A DNA stretch of 64,000 bases from an uncultured Chitinophaga sp. (GTDB lineage Bacteria > Bacteroidota > Bacteroidia > Chitinophagales > LD1): NCBI GenBank assembly GCA_964423405.1, contig CAYREY010000003.1, positions 81,326 through 145,325 on the forward strand, written 5' to 3'. Of this stretch, positions 1 through 9,745 are shown one piece after another; the first letter of the stretch is position 1, and each line of letters opens with the position of its first letter. The position numbers were made by a program, and so were the translations under genes. The notes beneath the pieces were generated by a model. That model saw nothing but the letters and a program-made list of their open reading frames with translations, made no database searches and was not told the DNA's origin.

Positions 1-3000
1 GCTATTAACTGCTGGCCATTAAAAGAATAAGTTTCTCCACTACAAATCGTTTCACTTATATACTTTACCGACGGCGTAGGCAACACTACGGCCAGCTGCA
101 CCATATCCCTGCAGCCATTTGCATCGCTAACCCAGTATGTATAGTTTCCATCAGGCACCGTATGTATACCAACATCGCCACTATAAGCAGGTGTACCACC
201 AGTGGCCGATACCAGTACTGTAGCATTGGTATCGTTACATAATATATTTTGTAATGTATAGTTGGCTACCAGCAGGGGTGGTTGGGTTACAGTTACATAA
301 GCAGTATCCCGGCAACCTTTATTATCTGTAACAACGTACTCATAATTACCAGCAGGTACATATCTGGTTAACGAACCATTGTAGTTATAAGCCGGTGTTC
401 CACCGCTGGCGGCTAATGTAACAACTCCATTTTGACCATTGCAGACAGGCGACGTAACTGTATACTGTAGATCTAACGGAGGTGGTTGTGTAAGTGTAAA
501 ATTAACTGTATCGGCGCACCCTCCGTTATCCGTAACTATCTCTGTGTAGGTTCCGGCATAATAATAAGCCGAATTTCCGCCCTGATAAGGAAACGTTCCT
601 CCGCTTTTAATGAAATTTACAAGTACGCTTTTGCCGTGGCAGGAAATAGCACTTGCTGCGGGGGTAACATTAAATGGATGAGATTGGGGTACAATACAAT
701 TAACCGTAGCTACACAGCCGCCCGAATCTGTAACAGAAAAGGTGTACACACCGGGTGCATAGTTGTAATGCATACCGGTATCACCACTGTAAGGTGCAAC
801 ACCGCCCTGTGGTGTAATGGTAATAGTAGACAATGTATCACGGCAGGTGATACGCGTTGCAGTGGCCGATAGGGTAAAATCAGAACCGACAGTTACCAGC
901 AATGTATCTCTACAACCCAATGAATCGCTTACTACAAACTGGTGGCTGCCAACCGTTGTGGCAAAAGTGCCTATACCAATATAAGGTGGCGCTCCTCCCG
1001 TAGCAGTAATAGTAATCATGCCTGGCTCATTACACGATTTTGGAGATACCAGTGTGTACGATGCGCTTAAATGATTATGCGGGGTGGTTATAATTGACAG
1101 GGTCTTTTGACAACCTCTTGAATCGGTTACTTGAAAAATCCTGCCACCCGGCGCCACGGCCTTGTTTGCGGTTTGCCCGGTATAGGGCGGCACACCACCC
1201 GATACTGTAAATATTATATCGGTTGAATCTGAATTACACCTTGGAACCTGAATAGCAGAATATTGTAGGGAGGGAGGAGGCACATTAGCTACGTTTGTAG
1301 ATGCCGAAACGCTACAACCATTGTATCCGGTAACAGTAACACTATAGTTCCCGGCCTGTTGCACAGATATAGCACTATAGTCGATATTTGTATAAATCAG
1401 CGTATCGTTATAAGCCCAGGTATAAAGTTCGTTATATTCAAAATTGCTGGTGTTGGCTACCACTGTTATAGTTGAATTGCACCCCCCGCCACCAACAGTT
1501 AGCCCAATTCCACTTTCGTGCAACTGATAATCAACGTAAACGCAACCTGTATACTGCTGAGTGCTTCTGGTTGATGTAACCGTAACGTAATATAGACCGG
1601 CCTGCAGCCCAGTAATAGTAGACGAATCAGGATATGTATTACCCTGTATATCACTCCATTGATAATGCAATTGGCCCTGCAAAGGGGGTGAAACATTTGT
1701 TACAGAAGCACTTCCTGTGGGTGAACTACAATTTTGTGGAAAACCGGTTAGTGTAAGGTTATTGGGCCCTAAAAAAGACATGTAATACGATGCTGTAGCT
1801 GTACACCCTTGTGGGTTAGTAACTGTAACATCGTACAGCCCGGCTTGCATGGCTAATACATAACTAGAATTATAACCATTGTCCACATAATACCCGCCAG
1901 GCCCACTCCATGTGTAATAGTATGAAGGATTTTGCTGTGGTGGCTGATAAGACACAGAATCTCCATAAAAACTATGTGGTGTTAGTGATAAAATTTGATA
2001 TTTGCAGAAATACACCGTTACATCCGAGCTTAAAATAACAGTATCGCGGCGCGCGTTAATAGAAGCGCTGGCACTACAACCAACACTGTCCGTTACTGTT
2101 ACGTTATAATACCCGCCACCATCTATAAATAAAAGATCCGAACTAGTGGTAACAATGGTACGTCCTGTACTCCATTGGTATAAATATCTATCGGCTAATC
2201 CATTTACAATATCTGCTTCTACATATACAGTTGAACCACCACCACACCCTGCCGGATAGGGTTGGTTTAACTGAACAGCCATACTGTGTACAACACCCGG
2301 ATCGGTCACTGTTACAGAAGTCCTTACCAATTGCCGGTTTATACAATTAAAAGTATCGATATAATAGGTGCCAGGGGGCACGTTATAAATAGTATCGTTG
2401 TAACCCAGGTATTGGTTTTGGCTATTGTACCAATGGGCGTTCATACTTGTGTCACGTAAAAAATCAGTTGCTACAAGTATGCCGTTACTATTACCACAGC
2501 CCGGGCTTTGCAAAACGGTTATACCATACCGGTATACATTATTATAACCTATAGCGGCAGTACTGCTTACACTACAACCATTATAATCAGTAACTGTAAC
2601 CGTAAAATTGCCAACGGTATCAGATGTTATTTGCTGCTGTGCACTAGTGTTCGACCAAAGATAATTATAAGGAGGGTTACCATAACTAGCTTGTATATTT
2701 GCATCACCAATAGGGTTATCGCAATCTATATTAGTAACATCCAGGCTTGCCTGTACTGGTAAAAGTGTAAAGGTATAATCGGCAATGCATCCTATGCTAT
2801 CTGTTAGTATAACAAAATTTTCACCTGCGGGCAACGTAGCTGCCGTATCGCTAACCTCTCCGTTACCCCACATAGTGGTATAAGGTGGCGTACCGCCACT
2901 ATAGTTTAAAACAGCATAGCCGTTACTTATATCGGGGCATGGCTGTTCAATATCTGTAATCCCCAAATTCAGGCAAGATGCAGTTTGTGTGTTGCCAAAC

Positions 3001-5171
3001 TTCCAGCAAAACCCATACAGGCCACTTCCATTTACAAGTGGCGTATCTGGCACACTGTTCCCACAGCCAATTAACCCTTCTCCGCATATATAAAAACTAC
3101 CTCCACCGGGTACTATTGCAACATCTGCCGGATATTCATAGCAGCTATCGCCCTTGTAAGTACTATACGTACGTATGCCCTGTTGTGTAAATGTGGCTAT
3201 AAATCCATCGCTGTTACCCCTGTTCACAGGCTGATAATAACCACCCAATACAGGTGAATGCACCGGAAAATCTGTAGAAAATGTAAACCCTGTAACAATT
3301 TGCCCAACAGATGCATTGGACGCTATTGCTGTGGCCACATCGTTACCTGTTCCACCATAATAGGTGCTCCAGGTCATAATGGTGTCGCCTCCAAACCTGG
3401 TAACAAACGCATCATATCCTCCGGCTAATTGTCCCTGGTAGTATTGTGCACTTATAATCTGCTTTAACGGAAAGTTGGCTGAGTTAGTATAACCCGTAAC
3501 CGAATACGCTCTGTAACCAGTGTAAGTTACATCAGTTATATAATCATTACCATCGCCACCAATAATGCGTTGATATTCTCCCACGCTATTATCAAAATGC
3601 ACAACAAATCCGAAAGTACCACCGGTGCTATTTATGGCGGGCTGTGCTGGGCTCAGATAAGACAGCTTTGAACCAGCACTGTAACCGACCAAAACAGCGT
3701 GGTTACCCTGGCGCGCAACGCTCGTTCCATACGCTATTGCTGTATCGCGCAGGCCCGTTGCCCATTGCCTTACACCCTGCAGGCTAAACTGAAGTATAAA
3801 AGCATTATTACGATTAAGAATAGGATAACGCCAATAGGAGCTTACCGAATTCGCTATGGGCAATATGGAAAAACTATTACCCGACGCCGTATAGCCTGTT
3901 AACAATACCGCACTACTATCACAGATAACCTTCAATGCTTCATCGGTAAAGTTACCACCATAAAAGGTGCTCCACACTAAACGCAGGTTGCTCTCAAACC
4001 GCGCTATAAAAATATCTTGTGCCGATGCGGTTCCATCCATGTATGCGCCAGACATTGTAGAAATCGGAAAACCGGATGTAGCCCCACCGGTTAAAAATAT
4101 CTGTCCAAGCGGCGATACTGCTACACTATTGGCGAAATCATTACCACTCCCTCCCATGTAGCTGGCCCACAGCAGTGTTTGTGCCGGAGACACCTTTAAT
4201 ACTATTGCATCTACAGTACCATTAAAAGTACCGTCGTAAAAAGCATTATTGCCGGGGTTAACTCCGGGAAAATTAGTTGATGTAGTATAGCCTGCCAGGT
4301 AAGCGTTATTGGAAGCATCGGCAGCCACACCCCGCAGCCCATCGGCAAACGTACCACCATATTGCGCGCTCCATTGCAATTGCAATGGCGGGTCTATTAC
4401 TAAATCGTTAGCGGTATTGTATGCACCAATGTTAAATGTAACTTCCTTCTCTAACTCGTTGTAATTATAGCTGGCTGCTACTTGTTGCTTTGCGGCAAAA
4501 GCTTTCAGCGCACCCTCACGCAACGCTCCGTTGCGGGTGCTTATCAATATATTATCGGTACCCGGTGTAATGTTGGCATACAGGTACTGCATTTTTATAA
4601 CATTGCTGCTGTAGCCGGCATGTACTACAAAGTCGTACTCGGGCTGGCCCTTGCTGTTTATAAACCAGTGCCAGTCTATACCAGGGTACACATTTTTTAC
4701 CGTCACATCGTTATAGTTGCTTACCGCTTCAGCTTTTATATCGCCATAGTAGTACGATGCCTTGTAGGCTACTTCGTTCTTAAACGCTAACTGGCTTTGG
4801 GTTAAAGTAGCGCCAACCAGGTCTACATCTACCCGGCTGTAGTGTACCTTAAAATGATTGTTATTGGTTTGGTAAACGGGATGTTGAGAGGCAGCGCTGT
4901 CCAGCTCATAATTTAGTAAAACGTAAGTAACACCGGCTTCGGTCAGGTAAATATCCAGCCCGGGCAAGCTGCTTTTGGCTAGCACATTAGTTACCGGCTG
5001 GTAGTTCTCATCCAACACCTGCCCTGCATTGGGGGTAAAAGCCCCTGTTTTTTTAAAATCCGATACCGCTATATCTTCTTTAGCTACAGATGATGGCTCT
5101 GCCTGCGCGGTAACTTCATACCCCGCCAACAGCAACGCCATTAGCAAAACAAGGTGGTAAATGTTTTTCAT
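1..5171 (-). CDS. Large secreted adhesin-like protein, 3'-truncated by the window edge. It has a signal peptide, SBBP beta-propeller repeats, then many Cys-bracketed Ig-like/SprB-type repeats.
   Basis: It is absent from the ORF track because it has no in-window stop. Hand translation of the minus strand from the ATG at 5171..5169 gives MKNIYHLVLLMALLLAGYEVTAQA and stays open to position 1 (about 1723 codons). Residues ~266-700 carry repeated YGG(T/S)GND..A..IA...G..(L/V)TG.T.S..FP units of SBBP type. Later residues repeat C..(N/D)G.....(T/S)GG..PY......G.Y...VTD..GC. Confidence 0.85.
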   Translation of the reverse strand, partial: MKNIYHLVLLMALLLAGYEVTAQAEPSSVAKEDIAVSDFKKTGAFTPNAGQVLDENYQPVTNVLAKSSLPGLDIYLTEAGVTYVLLNYELDSAASQHPVYQTNNNHFKVHYSRVDVDLVGATLTQSQLAFKNEVAYKASYYYGDIKAEAVSNYNDVTVKNVYPGIDWHWFINSKGQPEYDFVVHAGYSSNVIKMQYLYANITPGTDNILISTRNGALREGALKAFAAKQQVAASYNYNELEKEVTFNIGAYNTANDLVIDPPLQLQWSAQYGGTFADGLRGVAADASNNAYLAGYTTSTNFPGVNPGNNAFYDGTFNGTVDAIVLKVSPAQTLLWASYMGGSGNDFANSVAVSPLGQIFLTGGATSGFPISTMSGAYMDGTASAQDIFIARFESNLRLVWSTFYGGNFTDEALKVICDSSAVLLTGYTASGNSFSILPIANSVSSYWRYPILNRNNAFILQFSLQGVRQWATGLRDTAIAYGTSVARQGNHAVLVGYSAGSKLSYLSPAQPAINSTGGTFGFVVHFDNSVGEYQRIIGGDGNDYITDVTYTGYRAYSVTGYTNSANFPLKQIISAQYYQGQLAGGYDAFVTRFGGDTIMTWSTYYGGTGNDVATAIASNASVGQIVTGFTFSTDFPVHSPVLGGYYQPVNRGNSDGFIATFTQQGIRTYSTYKGDSCYEYPADVAIVPGGGSFYICGEGLIGCGNSVPDTPLVNGSGLYGFCWKFGNTQTASCLNLGITDIEQPCPDISNGYAVLNYSGGTPPYTTMWGNGEVSDTAATLPAGENFVILTDSIGCIADYTFTLLPVQASLDVTNIDCDNPIGDANIQASYGNPPYNYLWSNTSAQQQITSDTVGNFTVTVTDYNGCSVSSTAAIGYNNVYRYGITVLQSPGCGNSNGILVATDFLRDTSMNAHWYNSQNQYLGYNDTIYNVPPGTYYIDTFNCINRQLVRTSVTVTDPGVVHSMAVQLNQPYPAGCGGGSTVYVEADIVNGLADRYLYQWSTGRTIVTTSSDLLFIDGGGYYNVTVTDSVGCSASASINARRDTVILSSDVTVYFCKYQILSLTPHSFYGDSVSYQPPQQNPSYYYTWSGPGGYYVDNGYNSSYVLAMQAGLYDVTVTNPQGCTATASYYMSFLGPNNLTLTGFPQNCSSPTGSASVTNVSPPLQGQLHYQWSDIQGNTYPDSSTITGLQAGLYYVTVTSTRSTQQYTGCVYVDYQLHESGIGLTVGGGGCNSTITVVANTSNFEYNELYTWAYNDTLIYTNIDYSAISVQQAGNYSVTVTGYNGCSVSASTNVANVPPPSLQYSAIQVPRCNSDSTDIIFTVSGGVPPYTGQTANKAVAPGGRIFQVTDSRGCQKTLSIITTPHNHLSASYTLVSPKSCNEPGMITITATGGAPPYIGIGTFATTVGSHQFVVSDSLGCRDTLLVTVGSDFTLSATATRITCRDTLSTITITPQGGVAPYSGDTGMHYNYAPGVYTFSVTDSGGCVATVNCIVPQSHPFNVTPAASAISCHGKSVLVNFIKSGGTFPYQGGNSAYYYAGTYTEIVTDNGGCADTVNFTLTQPPPLDLQYTVTSPVCNGQNGVVTLAASGGTPAYNYNGSLTRYVPAGNYEYVVTDNKGCRDTAYVTVTQPPLLVANYTLQNILCNDTNATVLVSATGGTPAYSGDVGIHTVPDGNYTYWVSDANGCRDMVQLAVVLPTPSVKYISETICSGETYSFNGQQLI

Positions 5172-5230
5172 AGGGTGTAGGTTTTCAAAACAGGCTCCAT
5201 AAAGGTAACACTATATACTATATATACACA

Positions 5231-5238
5231 CAAATTTA
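5231..5238 (-). promoter_or_regulatory. Candidate Bacteroidota -7 promoter box for the left-edge adhesin gene
   Basis: Minus-strand TAAATTTG matches the TAnnTTTG -7 consensus. It lies 60 nt upstream of the ATG at 5171. Confidence 0.35.
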
Positions 5239-5389
5239 CAGGTGTGCTATTCCGGGCTATAAGCGTGCCTGTTTATCGGCGGCAACGCAACCCCACAGTT
5301 TTGATCCCCCAACAATCCACTAAAAATAATCTCCATATAAATACAATAGTTACTACTTGTCTGCGTTTGGGTTCGGCACGTTTATACCT

Positions 5390-6244
5390 ATGAAACATTT
5401 TTTTGCTGTGTGCCTGATGCTGTTGCAACTGTCGCTACTGGCATTTGTATACCCCGATGGTACCGATGTAGAGTTTAAGGTAAAGAAGCGTTGCCACGAG
5501 TATAACCTGCGCACCACTACCGATACATTGAAAGCAGTATATAACACACGTCGGCGCGGCGATATTTCGGCCTTACCCGAAGGGGTTTACAAATTTGCAT
5601 TTACACAGTGCCCCTACAACCGTATCGACTCGGTATCGGCCGATAAAGGCAAAGTAAAATTTACCGACTCTGTACTTACCTACGACCTGCGGCTATACCT
5701 TAATGACACTGCCATTTCATCAGTCAATTTTTATGTTAAAGGCCAGCTGGCTTATTTTAAAACATTTGTATTGCTCCCCTCTGCCAGCCCCGTTATACAA
5801 CCTACCTGCAACTGCGATACCGGCAGATTGGATTTTTTCCTGGGCAATAGGATAGTAAGTAACGGTGGTGTGGTACCGCGGCAAAAAATAGTGCAGGCTA
5901 TATCTGCCGGCAATATTAACAGAGAGACACGTTGGATAGCCGTAAAACGTAACAACACCGATGACTGTTATGAAGCTGTATCCTGCACACTAACCTACCA
6001 ATACACAGATGAACGGGGCAAACATACCACGCGCACAGAGTTAAGTAACTACACCAACTTAAACCGAACAAAACTTGCTGTTTTGAACAAGCCTGCCCGC
6101 ACCTCTTCTATAAAGCTGGTGTACCGCTACCGCAACAGCTTTCAATGCAACAAAGTTAAGCGCCGCGATGGCCCCATATCTGCATTTAAAATTGCATCAC
6201 GGCCTGTTATACGGCAAAAACTATCTTTTGTGGTTACCAATTAA
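5390..6244 (+). CDS. Hypothetical secreted protein
   Basis: The gene sits in ORF 5357..6244. The internal ATG at 5390 gives a signal-like MKHFFAVCLMLLQLSLLAFV. I recognise no family. The protein is basic and contains several Cys. Confidence 0.6.
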   Translation: MKHFFAVCLMLLQLSLLAFVYPDGTDVEFKVKKRCHEYNLRTTTDTLKAVYNTRRRGDISALPEGVYKFAFTQCPYNRIDSVSADKGKVKFTDSVLTYDLRLYLNDTAISSVNFYVKGQLAYFKTFVLLPSASPVIQPTCNCDTGRLDFFLGNRIVSNGGVVPRQKIVQAISAGNINRETRWIAVKRNNTDDCYEAVSCTLTYQYTDERGKHTTRTELSNYTNLNRTKLAVLNKPARTSSIKLVYRYRNSFQCNKVKRRDGPISAFKIASRPVIRQKLSFVVTN

Positions 6245-6332
6245 AGGTATACTCCGGTTTTCGGTACAGGCACCTGTTTCGCACTTTCGTTTTTTTGCCT
6301 ATTTTGTGTAACGCTTAAAACAATACACTAAC

Positions 6333-7646
6333 ATGAAAAAATCTCAACTCCCTTTTGTAAAGGCTGCATGTATCTTGCTATTGGCAATAGTATGCAACAT
6401 AGCATGGGCACAGGCCCCTACCCAAATGAATTACCAGGCTGTAGTGCGCAACAACGCCGGCACACCGGTAGCTAACAACACACCGGTATCGCTTAAATTT
6501 ACCATCCGCGACCTTACCGCTACCGGCACACCTGTATACACCGAAACCCTAGCTACTACCGCCAATCAGTTTGGTTTGGTAAACGTGCAGATAGGCAGCA
6601 GCAACAACCTGGGTACCGTTAACTGGGGCAGCGGTGCCAAGTACTTACAGGTAGAGGTTGACATAAACAACAGCGGCACCTATACCGATATGGGTGTATC
6701 GCAACTAATAAGTGTACCATATGCTTTGTATGCAGCTAACAGCAACGTAGGGCCAGCCGGCCCTACCGGCCCCGCTGGTGCAGCAGGTACTACCGGTGCA
6801 GTTGGTGCTGCCGGTGCTACAGGCCCTACCGGGCCAACCGGTGCAGCAGGCACTAATGGTACCGATGGTGCTACCGGCGCAACGGGAGCCACAGGTGCCA
6901 CCGGTGCAGGTGGTGGCGCAACCGGCCCTACCGGTGCTACCGGCACAGCGGGTGTACAAGGCCCTACCGGCCCTGCCGGCCAAAACGGAACAAACGGAAC
7001 ACCGGGTGCTACCGGCGCACAGGGTAACACAGGCCCTACCGGACCAACCGGTATAGGTACTGCAGGCCCTACCGGTCCGCAAGGCCCTACAGGCGTAGGC
7101 TCACAAGGCCCTACCGGACCACAGGGTGCGCAGGGCGCACAAGGGGCGCAGGGTGTACAGGGGCCACAAGGTGCACAGGGTCCGCAGGGTTCGCAAGGGG
7201 CTACCGGTGCTACAGGTCCACAAGGCCCTACCGGTGCCGCAGGTGCCTTTCAAATCAAAGATTTCCAGACAGCGCTTAACAGCAATGCATTTAACCAGGG
7301 CACCTCATACAGCATTGTGGCACAGGTTAATGTTACAGTAACCTCTGCCAACGATAAAATAGTGGTAGCTACCAGCGGTTACGCACAGCAAACCAGCAAC
7401 GATGATGCCTGCACCGATTTTTATGTGGCCAACTTTACCGATGGTACACAAAGCGAGGTAATACACATAGGCCTGTTTGGCGATGGTGGCAACAACGGTG
7501 GCACCGGCTCTACACTGGCTGGCAACTTTGTACTTACTGCTGCTTCGGCCGGTACCAAAACAATTGTATTGTACACCAAAGAGTGCCTCGGCGCCGATTC
7601 GCAGGTGTACAGTGCGCGTATTACTGCAACTGTTATAGGCAACTAA
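6333..7646 (+). CDS. Collagen-like triple-helix repeat protein with a signal peptide and a globular C-terminal domain
   Basis: The signal peptide is [29 protein letters not shown] ~110-aa N-domain ends in SVPYALYAA, followed by about 165 aa of Gly-X-Y ([16 protein letters not shown]...[10 protein letters not shown]). A 133-aa non-repetitive tail follows. No T9SS CTD is present. Confidence 0.9.
   Translation: MKKSQLPFVKAACILLLAIVCNIAWAQAPTQMNYQAVVRNNAGTPVANNTPVSLKFTIRDLTATGTPVYTETLATTANQFGLVNVQIGSSNNLGTVNWGSGAKYLQVEVDINNSGTYTDMGVSQLISVPYALYAANSNVGPAGPTGPAGAAGTTGAVGAAGATGPTGPTGAAGTNGTDGATGATGATGATGAGGGATGPTGATGTAGVQGPTGPAGQNGTNGTPGATGAQGNTGPTGPTGIGTAGPTGPQGPTGVGSQGPTGPQGAQGAQGAQGVQGPQGAQGPQGSQGATGATGPQGPTGAAGAFQIKDFQTALNSNAFNQGTSYSIVAQVNVTVTSANDKIVVATSGYAQQTSNDDACTDFYVANFTDGTQSEVIHIGLFGDGGNNGGTGSTLAGNFVLTAASAGTKTIVLYTKECLGADSQVYSARITATVIGN
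6750..7244 (+). repeat. Gly-X-Y coding repeat (collagen-like region, ~55 triplets with 3 register breaks)
   Basis: A 9-bp-scale GGN-NNN-NNN periodicity is visible. The register is broken at [15 protein letters not shown] and GVG-SQ-GPT. The complementary strand stays open as shadow ORFs. Confidence 0.9.
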
Positions 7647-7668
7647 GCCGGTTGTTAATCTTATTATC

Positions 7669-7706
7669 AAAAATGCCGCACCATATTGGTGCGGCATTTT
7701 TATTTT
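7669..7706 (+). terminator. Rho-independent terminator after the collagen-like gene
   Basis: The sequence is aaaaatGCCGCACCAtatTGGTGCGGCatttttatttt, a 9-bp GC-rich stem followed by a T-run. It starts 23 nt after the stop. Confidence 0.8.
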
Positions 7707-7735
7707 CAATGTCAATATATGATATACATCTGCAC

Positions 7736-8803
7736 ATGAAAAAACTATCGCTGCTGGTTGTGTTGCTTATAGTAAGTATAAATGTATGGGCACAAACACC
7801 AGTGCAATTCATTTTTAAAAACCACCGCGATGGGTATAACATGTTCCGCATACCCGCCATAGTAGCCACCAACAGCGGCAAACTGCTGGCCTTTTGCGAA
7901 GGGCGTAAAAACCTGATGGACCACGGCGATATAGATCTGGTAATGAAAACATCTGCCGATAACGGCAACACCTGGAGCGACCTGCAGGTAATATGGAACA
8001 ACGGCACCAATACCTGCGGCAACCCGGCACCGGTAGTAGATAAAGCCACCGGCCATGTGTTGGTAGCCGCTACCCTTAATAACGATAGTGTTTTCATTCT
8101 CCGCTCTGCCAACGAGGGCACCAGTTGGCTGCCGCCCGTAAACATTACAGCAAAGGTTAAGCCTGCGGGCTGGCAATGGTATGCCACCGGCCCCGGCCAT
8201 AGCATACAGTTACAAAACACAGCACACCGCAACCGTATAGTAGTTCCCTGTAACCACACTACTACAGCTAACCCACTACACGTTTCGCACGTAATATATT
8301 CCGATGATAGCGGCTACACCTGGCAGCCGGGTGGCGAAGTAAGCGCTGCTAAAACCGATGAATGCACCATAGCAGAATTAAGTAACGGCAACCTGCTGCT
8401 TAATATGCGCAACAACCAACGCCCGCTACCTAACCGTAAAACGGCTATTAGCACCAATTACGGTCTAACCTGGAACAACCCCTCCTATGACAGTACTTTA
8501 ATTGAACCAGTGTGCCAGGGCACCCTGTTAAGCTATACAGCAGTACCTGGTGTATTGCTGTTTTGTAACCCGGCACATACCACCAACCGCAAAAACCTTA
8601 CGCTGTATGTAAGCCATACCAATGGCAGCGGCTGGCAACACAAGGTTACGGTGTATAAGAAGCTAAGCGCCTACAACGATATGGTAACACTACCCAACGG
8701 CGATGTATTATGCCTGTTCGAAACAGGTAAACTGCTGCCGTATGGTGGCATAGCGCTAACTGTTATTGCTAAAGAAAAAATAATACCGGCTACTAAGCCG
8801 TAA
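7736..8803 (+). CDS. Exo-alpha-sialidase (GH33 neuraminidase), secreted
   Basis: It has the FRIP motif (YNMFRIPAIVAT) and Asp-boxes SADNGNTW, SDDSGYTW and STNYGLTW, plus a degenerate SANEGTSW. The start is set at MKKLSLLVVLLIVSINVWAQ. The longer track ORF from 7583 would run through the upstream terminator. Confidence 0.88.
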   Translation: MKKLSLLVVLLIVSINVWAQTPVQFIFKNHRDGYNMFRIPAIVATNSGKLLAFCEGRKNLMDHGDIDLVMKTSADNGNTWSDLQVIWNNGTNTCGNPAPVVDKATGHVLVAATLNNDSVFILRSANEGTSWLPPVNITAKVKPAGWQWYATGPGHSIQLQNTAHRNRIVVPCNHTTTANPLHVSHVIYSDDSGYTWQPGGEVSAAKTDECTIAELSNGNLLLNMRNNQRPLPNRKTAISTNYGLTWNNPSYDSTLIEPVCQGTLLSYTAVPGVLLFCNPAHTTNRKNLTLYVSHTNGSGWQHKVTVYKKLSAYNDMVTLPNGDVLCLFETGKLLPYGGIALTVIAKEKIIPATKP

Positions 8804-9665
8804 CCGGTGGCGAATGTTTCCACCTTTTGTGGCTCCACAACCAGTCGGCCGGGTGCTCTTTAATGTGCTGCTCCAGTACACGGATATACTTTTTAGTTAC
8901 ACCAAACTCGGGCAACTCGTTAGGCGTATCGGTAATCTTAATTAACTCAGCCGTGTACATACCCGGTTCGCCCTGTACTATTTTGGGATATATCACCACA
9001 CAGTTGTGTTTGCGCGCGTACCTTTCGGCACCGGTAAAAAATGCTGTTTGCCGGTTAAAAAAAACATCCCAACAGGCGCTCTTCAAATTACTCGGCGATT
9101 GATCGCTGATAAGTATAGCCATGGTTAGCTCCTTAGGCTGCATCTCAAAAAATTCGCGGCTATCGCGCTGCATTATCAGGTGCATACCAAACTTCCCCCT
9201 CGATTTTTGTATCAACCGGTTAAAGTAAGGGTTACTTACCAGGCTTACCACTGCACAGGTTTTGTACGGGTAATACAAACTAGCTTTATAACCGCCATAC
9301 TCCCAACTGGCAATATGCCCTACCATCAGTACCACATGGCGGCCCGCGGCATAGCAATCACTTATCATTTCGGGGTTTAGTATGGTAACCCGTTTTTGTA
9401 CTTCGGGGGCTGTAATGGTAAAGCACTTAATGGTTTCTACCACATGGTAGCCCAGGTGCCGGTAACTTTGCGTGGCAATGGCTTTGCGCTCGGCCTCTGT
9501 CTTCTCCGGAAACGCCTGCAACAGGTTAGCCATTACTACCTTGCGCCGGTAGCCTACTACTTTATCCAGTACAAAGGCAATCACCTCTGCCAGTTTATAA
9601 AGTACCGCCGATGGCAGGTATGAAAAAGCCAGTAAGATGGGCACCAACAAATAATAGCTTATCAT
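8793..9665 (-). CDS. Lipid A biosynthesis acyltransferase (LpxL/HtrB family)
   Basis: It has an N-terminal membrane anchor, an H(I/G)xxWE-type motif (GHIASWE), and a C-terminal HPADWLWSHKRWKH typical of the family. Its 3' end overlaps the sialidase 3' end by 11 nt (convergent). Confidence 0.7.
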   Translation of the reverse strand: MISYYLLVPILLAFSYLPSAVLYKLAEVIAFVLDKVVGYRRKVVMANLLQAFPEKTEAERKAIATQSYRHLGYHVVETIKCFTITAPEVQKRVTILNPEMISDCYAAGRHVVLMVGHIASWEYGGYKASLYYPYKTCAVVSLVSNPYFNRLIQKSRGKFGMHLIMQRDSREFFEMQPKELTMAILISDQSPSNLKSACWDVFFNRQTAFFTGAERYARKHNCVVIYPKIVQGEPGMYTAELIKITDTPNELPEFGVTKKYIRVLEQHIKEHPADWLWSHKRWKHSPPVTA

Positions 9666-9745
9666 ATTTTACTACAATTAATATTTCAACCAAACATCGT
9701 CCACTAAGTGTTCTATGTTCCTATGTGGTAAATTACATGCATTTA

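Noticed and set aside
6680-7341. Several 70-125-aa ORFs on both strands inside the collagen-like gene (6680..7030, 6705..7082, 6778..7056, 7126..7341)
   Set aside because: They are shadow frames of the GGN-NNN-NNN repeat. They are Pro/Ala/Val- or Arg/Cys-rich low-complexity sequence, lie wholly within a well-supported CDS, and have no independent start context.
7583-7735. An N-terminal extension of the sialidase ORF as given in the track
   Set aside because: The extension overlaps the collagen gene 3' end and reads through the terminator hairpin at 7669..7706. A proper signal peptide begins at the ATG at 7736.
8793-8803. An 11-nt overlap of the convergent sialidase and acyltransferase 3' ends
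   Set aside because: Short convergent overlaps are common and need no special explanation. No hairpin or regulatory feature is evident.
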